Shown: positions 16,817-22,021 of the stretch, piece after piece | Layout of the letters: every line of letters begins with the position of its first letter | Numbering within the stretch: position 1 is the stretch's first letter | Origin: Myxococcota bacterium | GTDB taxonomy: Bacteria; Myxococcota_A; UBA796; GCA-2862545 | Assembly (NCBI GenBank): GCA_039208735.1 | Contig: JBCCQY010000158.1 | Coordinates: 1 to 22,021, forward strand | Direction: 5' to 3' | Length of the DNA: 22,021 nucleotides | Notes under the pieces: generated by a model | What the model was told of the DNA's origin: nothing | Seen by the model: only the letters and a program-made list of their open reading frames with translations | The model's database searches: none | Translations under genes and position numbers: made by a program

Positions 16817-18406
16817 TTGACTGGAGTACTGTTGTTCATCCTCGGTTCATGGATGTCGACCGCCCAGGCCACCATTCACCCGGTGTGGGTGGGCGACGCC
16901 GCCAATTGCAACATCGCATCGCTCGGAGACCTCCAGGCCCAGCTGGCCCTCGCAAACCCGCACTTCCCCATCTACGTCTATGTCGAGCCCGATTCCGTCC
17001 ACACCCTGTCCGACACCATCGATATCGGAACTCTGAAGGTTAAGGTGACCGTCGCACCCTGCAGGGAGTATGAGGAATTGGGTGCAGCGGAGATCCGTGC
17101 CGCGGACAGCAAGAGGATGTTCACGGTCGATGGCGGCCGGTTGAATATTGGGTCGGGTGTTTCGCTGATCGGGACCACCTCGCTGACCACAGGTGACGGT
17201 GGCGTGATTAGAGCGCGAAGCTCCTCGAAAGTAAACGTCTACGGCTCAATCTCGGGCGGTCACGTAAGCGGTCACGGGGGCACCATCTGGATGGGTGGCG
17301 GCACCCTCGCGCTGGGTAGAACCGCAACCATCGAGACAGGGATCTCTGGCAACGACGGAGGATGCATCTGGCAGAGTTTTGGCGTGATCACCATCGCTGA
17401 AAGTGCGGAAGTACGCAGCTGCGAGGCCCATGGCGACGGAGGAGGTATCTATGTTGCCAACGTGAACGTGTCGTCGCCGAGTGCGGCACGAGTCTGGGGC
17501 AACCAAGCCGAGTACGGAGGTGGCATCTACGCCTACTACTCCGATCTGTCGCTCGCGCAGCTCGACCTCGACGAAAACACTGCAACCGCGCAAGGTGGCG
17601 GACTGTACGCAACGAATTCCACCCTGATGATGACCAACGTCAGGGTCCGCGAAAACAACTTGACGGGTCTCCCCGGGGTGACCGCGATGGGGGCCGGGCT
17701 GTACGCGGAACAAAGCAGCCTGACCATGCGCACGGACCAGAGCGAATGTGGGCTCTACAATGAGGATGGTGAGCGCACCCTCGACGTGAACCGGTTTTGC
17801 TCCGAGATCCGCGGAAACAGCGGGGCTGCGAGTGGCGGTGGCCTCGCGGTGGTGTCGAACACCAATGTGACGCTCGAGACCACTGCGCTTGCGGAGAACG
17901 CCTCCGGCGGGTTGCTGCTGCAGGGCCACTCTACGATGTCGGCCGAGGGCATCGTCGTGTTCGGCCACACCGAACCCGCTTCGACACCGACCCACGCCAT
18001 TGTCGTCGACGATACCTCACGGCTCGACCTCTACTTCAGCACTGTCGCCGACAACGCGGCAGGGGGGGCAGGGATTGCCTACCAGCTGCCGGGTCCCGGA
18101 ACCCCTGGTGCCCAGGGATGGCTCCGCGCCAACATCATTCGCGACAATATCAGCGGGATGCCGACGGGCGACAACAACCTCGTAGTGGACACCACACAGT
18201 TGGTTGGCGGCATCAATTACAACAACAATCCCGAGTTCATCGGGGACCATCTCCACTCGCCGTACAAGGTCTACACGACCTCTCCTGCGCTCATCCTCTC
18301 TCCTGGACCGGGAACGGGCTCCACCGCAACCGACATCGACAACGTGAGCCGACTCGGGGGGGCCGACTGGACGCGCGGCGCGTTCGAGGCCGTGCCGGTC
18401 CCGTGA
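16817..18406 (+). CDS. Secreted right-handed beta-helix protein with Pmp-like GG(A/G)I repeats and a choice-of-anchor-Q-like C-terminus
   Basis: Sec-type signal (VLLFILGSWMSTAQA). Repeated GGVI, GGTI, GGCI, GGGIY x2, GGGLY, GAGLY and GGGLA, often preceded by N.A. C-terminal SPAL...DIDNVSR...GAFE. TTG start at 16817 or 16805. Confidence 0.82.
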   Translation: MTGVLLFILGSWMSTAQATIHPVWVGDAANCNIASLGDLQAQLALANPHFPIYVYVEPDSVHTLSDTIDIGTLKVKVTVAPCREYEELGAAEIRAADSKRMFTVDGGRLNIGSGVSLIGTTSLTTGDGGVIRARSSSKVNVYGSISGGHVSGHGGTIWMGGGTLALGRTATIETGISGNDGGCIWQSFGVITIAESAEVRSCEAHGDGGGIYVANVNVSSPSAARVWGNQAEYGGGIYAYYSDLSLAQLDLDENTATAQGGGLYATNSTLMMTNVRVRENNLTGLPGVTAMGAGLYAEQSSLTMRTDQSECGLYNEDGERTLDVNRFCSEIRGNSGAASGGGLAVVSNTNVTLETTALAENASGGLLLQGHSTMSAEGIVVFGHTEPASTPTHAIVVDDTSRLDLYFSTVADNAAGGAGIAYQLPGPGTPGAQGWLRANIIRDNISGMPTGDNNLVVDTTQLVGGINYNNNPEFIGDHLHSPYKVYTTSPALILSPGPGTGSTATDIDNVSRLGGADWTRGAFEAVPVP

Positions 18407-18407
18407 G

Positions 18408-20792
18408 TCAGCCGTCGCGAAGTGCAGCCCGAACCTCCTCGATGAGCTCGACCACCGCGGCCGTTGCGTTGGACGTGAACTGTTCGGCGATCTCGAGCGC
18501 ATCGTAGGCCTCGGGAAAGCGCATCGCGCTCAAGTGCAGCCGCGCGAGTCGTGCTTGGATCTCGGCGAGCGTGCGAAGCTCGCCGTGCCGGTCTGCAATC
18601 TGCGACGCTTCCGTCAGGAGGGCGAGCGCTCGCGCAGGCTCCTGTTCGTACGCGGCCCCGAGCGTACACAAGACGACGGCCTCGTGGGATGCACCATGCG
18701 TTCGAGTCAACTCTAGCGCTCGCTTGAGCACATCCTGAGCATCGGCATGCTGTTCCAGCGTGAGGTAGGCCTTGCCTAGGTTGTGCAGCGCGATCGCCTC
18801 ACCCAGCTCGTCTTGATGTTGATGGCAGAGTCGGACAGCCCGCTTGCCGACATCGATGGCCCGAGGGCGGCCTAACGCAGCAAGGGTCATGGACCAGTTG
18901 GAAAGCACGGAGAGCTCGAACCGTGAGCCCGGAGGGCTCGCACGGTGGGCCTCTTCGAACAGCACGTCCGCGGAACCATGATCTCCTTGCCATGAGAGCA
19001 GCACGGCGAGGTGTTGCTGGTACACGGCCGTACGCTGCGGTGGCTCCGCGTTGTGCTCGGCGACCTCGACCGCACGCCGGAGCGCTCGAGTCGCTTCGGA
19101 CAGGGGGCGCGTTCGACTCGCGAAGCAACCTGCCCAGTGCCACAGGGCGGCTCGCTCCGGAGCGTGCTCGAGGGCGACGAGCAGCCGCTGTCGCATGGGT
19201 TCGAGCCCACCGAACCACCAGGCGGACCGAGTCATCCCGAGCGCCAATTCCGCGAGGGATGTGCCCGGGGAAGAGCTAACCGCGGTCTCCCAGGCCAGCT
19301 CCAGGTTCTCGAACTCAGTCGTGACGAGCGCCGTCGCTGCGGCACCATCCGACATCCTCGCTACGTGCTGACAGAGCGCCACCGCCCAGGCTGCGTGCCG
19401 CTCGGCGATGGGGGCAACGTCTGACAGTCGCGCCCGCGCCCATTCGCGAACCGGCTCGAGCATGGTGAAGCGCACCTCCTCAGTCTGCTCGGAGCGACGA
19501 ATGAGACCCCGCTCGCGCAGCGTCGCGAGTGCGGTAGCGACAGGTTCTTCGATCGCGGCCACCTGGTCCGCCGCCTGTAGCGTGAAGCCCTGTCGGAACC
19601 AGCTCAGTTGCAGCCACAGTTCGCGAGAGACGGGGTCGAGCAAGTCCCAGGTCCACAGGAGGGCATCGTCGACGGTTCGTTGATGCTGAGGGCGGTCACG
19701 GGCGGTCGTGCGTAGGTTTCGTACATCGCTGGACTGCTTCTCTAGCCACCCGAGTCCGACGATGGGAACCTGGGCGGCCGCGAGCTCGAGCGCAAGGGGC
19801 CACCCCTCGAGGCGGCGCACGATGGTGCGGACCGCACGCATATTCGTGTCATCGAGCGCGAAGGGCTCACGAAGGCCAACCCGATCGACGAAGAGCCGAA
19901 CGGCGCCGTTGCGACGCATCGTGGTGAGATTGGCATCGTCTGGAGGCGGAGGCAACACGTCGAGGACGACCTGCAGCTCTCCGTGCAGCTCGAGCCCTTG
20001 ACGTCCTGTCACCAAAACATGGAGATCGGGGCATCCATCGATGAGGGTAAGCGCCAGATCGGCGACGAGGTCGACGACACGTTCGATATTGTCGAGCACG
20101 AGGAGCACGGCTCCCCGCTCGGCGAGATGCCGTGCGAGGGTTTCGACGGCGATCTCGTCGGCGGGGAGGGGGACGCGAAGGAGCCGGCCGAGCGTCCCCA
20201 TCAACATGGCCTGATTCGACACCTCCGTCACATTGCAGAAGACGACGTCGTCGAAGTCGTTCTGCAGCTCATGGCAGACCTCGAGGGCGAGTCGACTCTT
20301 GCCGATCCCGCCCAGACCGACGAGGCTCACGACGGGGGACGGTGCGGTACGCAGTCGTGACACCACGTGCTCGAGTTCAGCCTGCCGACCGAAGAACACC
20401 GTCCGCCGTCGCGGCAGCCCCTTCGGAGCCCTTCGCTCCGAACGCTCCATCGCTCCGGGAGAATCCGAGGGCAGGACGAGACGAAACCCCAGACCCCGGA
20501 CCGTCACCAGGTATCGAGGGTTCGTGGCGTCGGGCTCAAGCCGCTTCCGAAGACGAGCCACAGTGTGGTAGGCCGCGCGGGAGCTGACGGTAGGGGCATA
20601 TCCCCACACCTCCCGCAAGAGTTCCTCCTGTGAGATCGTCTGTCCTTGCCGGTCCGCGAGGTACTTCAGCAACTCACCTTCTCGTTTGGTGAGGGAGTGC
20701 GTACCATCTGGGCCGTTGATCTTGAGCCGAATCAGGTCGACGGTACGATCCCCAACGCGCAGCAAGCTAGACCTCCTCCGCCAGTCTGCCAC
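18408..20792 (-). CDS. wHTH + STAND ATPase + TPR transcriptional regulator
   Basis: wHTH (LTKREGELLKYL..VWGY..VARLRKRLEPD..RGLGFRL), Walker A GLGGIGKS, Walker B LLVLDNIE, LEGWPLALELAA, FTMLEPVREWA and TPR-like repeats (EAIALHNLGKAY...ALEL). Confidence 0.93.
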   Translation of the reverse strand: MADWRRRSSLLRVGDRTVDLIRLKINGPDGTHSLTKREGELLKYLADRQGQTISQEELLREVWGYAPTVSSRAAYHTVARLRKRLEPDATNPRYLVTVRGLGFRLVLPSDSPGAMERSERRAPKGLPRRRTVFFGRQAELEHVVSRLRTAPSPVVSLVGLGGIGKSRLALEVCHELQNDFDDVVFCNVTEVSNQAMLMGTLGRLLRVPLPADEIAVETLARHLAERGAVLLVLDNIERVVDLVADLALTLIDGCPDLHVLVTGRQGLELHGELQVVLDVLPPPPDDANLTTMRRNGAVRLFVDRVGLREPFALDDTNMRAVRTIVRRLEGWPLALELAAAQVPIVGLGWLEKQSSDVRNLRTTARDRPQHQRTVDDALLWTWDLLDPVSRELWLQLSWFRQGFTLQAADQVAAIEEPVATALATLRERGLIRRSEQTEEVRFTMLEPVREWARARLSDVAPIAERHAAWAVALCQHVARMSDGAAATALVTTEFENLELAWETAVSSSPGTSLAELALGMTRSAWWFGGLEPMRQRLLVALEHAPERAALWHWAGCFASRTRPLSEATRALRRAVEVAEHNAEPPQRTAVYQQHLAVLLSWQGDHGSADVLFEEAHRASPPGSRFELSVLSNWSMTLAALGRPRAIDVGKRAVRLCHQHQDELGEAIALHNLGKAYLTLEQHADAQDVLKRALELTRTHGASHEAVVLCTLGAAYEQEPARALALLTEASQIADRHGELRTLAEIQARLARLHLSAMRFPEAYDALEIAEQFTSNATAAVVELIEEVRAALRDG

Positions 20793-20945
20793 GACAGGCG
20801 GATGACAGAGGTATAGGGTTGCTGCGCCATTGGCGATGACAAGCCGCGGTCCGGCAGAACGATGCGGGGACGTTTGGCTCGCCGCATCCGCTTCGCCTTC
20901 GGCGAGCGCTCGACGGTCAGCCCGTGCGCCGCGACGACCGCGACG

Positions 20946-21158
20946 TCAAGACGTCGTGTCTCCCGTCGACGGTGGAGACTCCGGGGTCACGTCGACATCG
21001 AACTCTGGATCCGCAGCGGTCCGGAGCGCCCGCACCCCCTGGCCGAGGGCCTCGAAGACCTTGGGCAGCTGGCCAGCGCCAAAGAGGAACATCATGAGGA
21101 CGAGAACGAGGAGGAGTTCGGGAAGGCCGACTCCACCTATGAATGCGGGGACGGGCAT
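20946..21158 (-). CDS. tatA: Twin-arginine translocase TatA/TatE family subunit
   Basis: GLPELLLVLVLMMFLFG hinge, amphipathic helix LPKVFEALGQGVRALR and an acidic tail. RBS GGAG. Confidence 0.88.
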   Translation of the reverse strand: MPVPAFIGGVGLPELLLVLVLMMFLFGAGQLPKVFEALGQGVRALRTAADPEFDVDVTPESPPSTGDTTS

Positions 21159-21200
21159 CGGTGGTCTCCAATGGGGGAGGCGTCGCGCAGCGAGGCCAGG

Positions 21201-21965
21201 CTACATGAAGTCGAGGATGTCGGCGATGTGCGCTTCGGTGAGTTCGTCACGGTGTGGCTGGTAGACGACGGGCTTCATCAACTCTTCCTCCACCCAAAGC
21301 AGGATGCCGGTCTGGGGCGCGAGGATCGGGTTCAAGTTTGAGCCGTCGGAAGGGGATTCGTTCTCCGAAACGGGAACGAGTTGACCGATCAGTTCGTCTT
21401 TAGTGACGTGCGCGCCACTATCCACCAGTCGATCCACCCACAGGATTTGCTTTGGCTCGGGCCTAGGACCCTCGGTCGGCGCGTACATCCTTTTGTCGAA
21501 GAGTGGGGTCACGAGACGGATACTGACGTAGCGAAGCGGATCACCGATCGCGACGGTTTGGTCGGGGGCCGCGATCGCCTCGAAGGCCCACCCTGGCCGG
21601 TTCGCGATCAACCTGACCGGGGGTTGTCCGCTCACGGCTTCGATGCCATCGAGCGGATCGCCCACTTCATAGGCCACGGTCTCGATCATCGGCTTGAACT
21701 TTCCTGCGATTGGCGTCGGCATTTGGATGCGACTGACGAAGACCCCCATCTGCTTCAGGTCGTCGATCATCCCCACGAATTCGATCAGCGGCTTGATCGC
21801 TTGGTAGATGAATTGACCAAGCGAAACGATGGTCGTGATCGTCCCGATAAGAAGGTTTAGCCTCGGGATGAAGCCGAGCGCGACGACGGTGCTCCGATTG
21901 AGTGCGCCCGACGCACCCGCGGACACCAGACGCGCAGTGGTCGACGTCAGAACCACCCTAAGCAA
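21201..21965 (-). CDS. Hypothetical membrane-associated protein with tandem biotinyl/lipoyl-like domains; true start uncertain
   Basis: Hydrophobic segment LNLLIGTITTIVSLGQFIY, then two lipoyl-fold-like units (IQMP..YEVGDPL..IANRPG..DQTVAIGDPL and LVDSGAHVTKDELIGQL..ILAPQTGIL). An in-frame TAA at 21993-21995 limits the frame. Confidence 0.6.
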   Translation of the reverse strand: MLRVVLTSTTARLVSAGASGALNRSTVVALGFIPRLNLLIGTITTIVSLGQFIYQAIKPLIEFVGMIDDLKQMGVFVSRIQMPTPIAGKFKPMIETVAYEVGDPLDGIEAVSGQPPVRLIANRPGWAFEAIAAPDQTVAIGDPLRYVSIRLVTPLFDKRMYAPTEGPRPEPKQILWVDRLVDSGAHVTKDELIGQLVPVSENESPSDGSNLNPILAPQTGILLWVEEELMKPVVYQPHRDELTEAHIADILDFM

Positions 21966-22021
21966 AGCAAAGCTCGCTAATGGGTGGCGAGGTTATAGAG
22001 CTCCGTAGGATTGAGAGAGGA

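Noticed and set aside
16817..16870. Beta-helix protein as a Tat substrate of the nearby TatA
   Set aside because: Its signal peptide has no twin-arginine motif, so it looks Sec-type.

Overview
High-GC bacterial window. The gene style (wHTH-STAND-TPR regulators, FG-GAP lipoprotein) suggests a myxobacterium-like organism, but that is inference only. The left ~6.7 kb looks like the decayed distal end of a genomic island integrated in tRNA-Arg(CCT). It holds a YhcG/DUF1016 nuclease 3' part, a frameshifted PD-(D/E)xK nuclease, an IS630 remnant, an alpha/beta hydrolase, an ORF-less 5' fragment of a group II intron with its exon junction intact, a 7-bladed FG-GAP lipoprotein and several gene scraps. 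It ends in a tRNA 3'-half (attR) with arm-like repeats and a hairpin. To the right lie a complete-looking IS66, an RND adaptor remnant, a universal stress protein, a three-subunit sdhCAB/frdCAB operon and a DUF433-DUF5615 toxin-antitoxin pair, whose ~290 bp antitoxin segment is also duplicated inside the island. The window ends with a secreted beta-helix (Pmp-repeat) gene flanked by two wHTH-STAND ATPase regulators, one with tandem wHTH domains, followed by tatA and a membrane protein with tandem lysine-less lipoyl-like domains.
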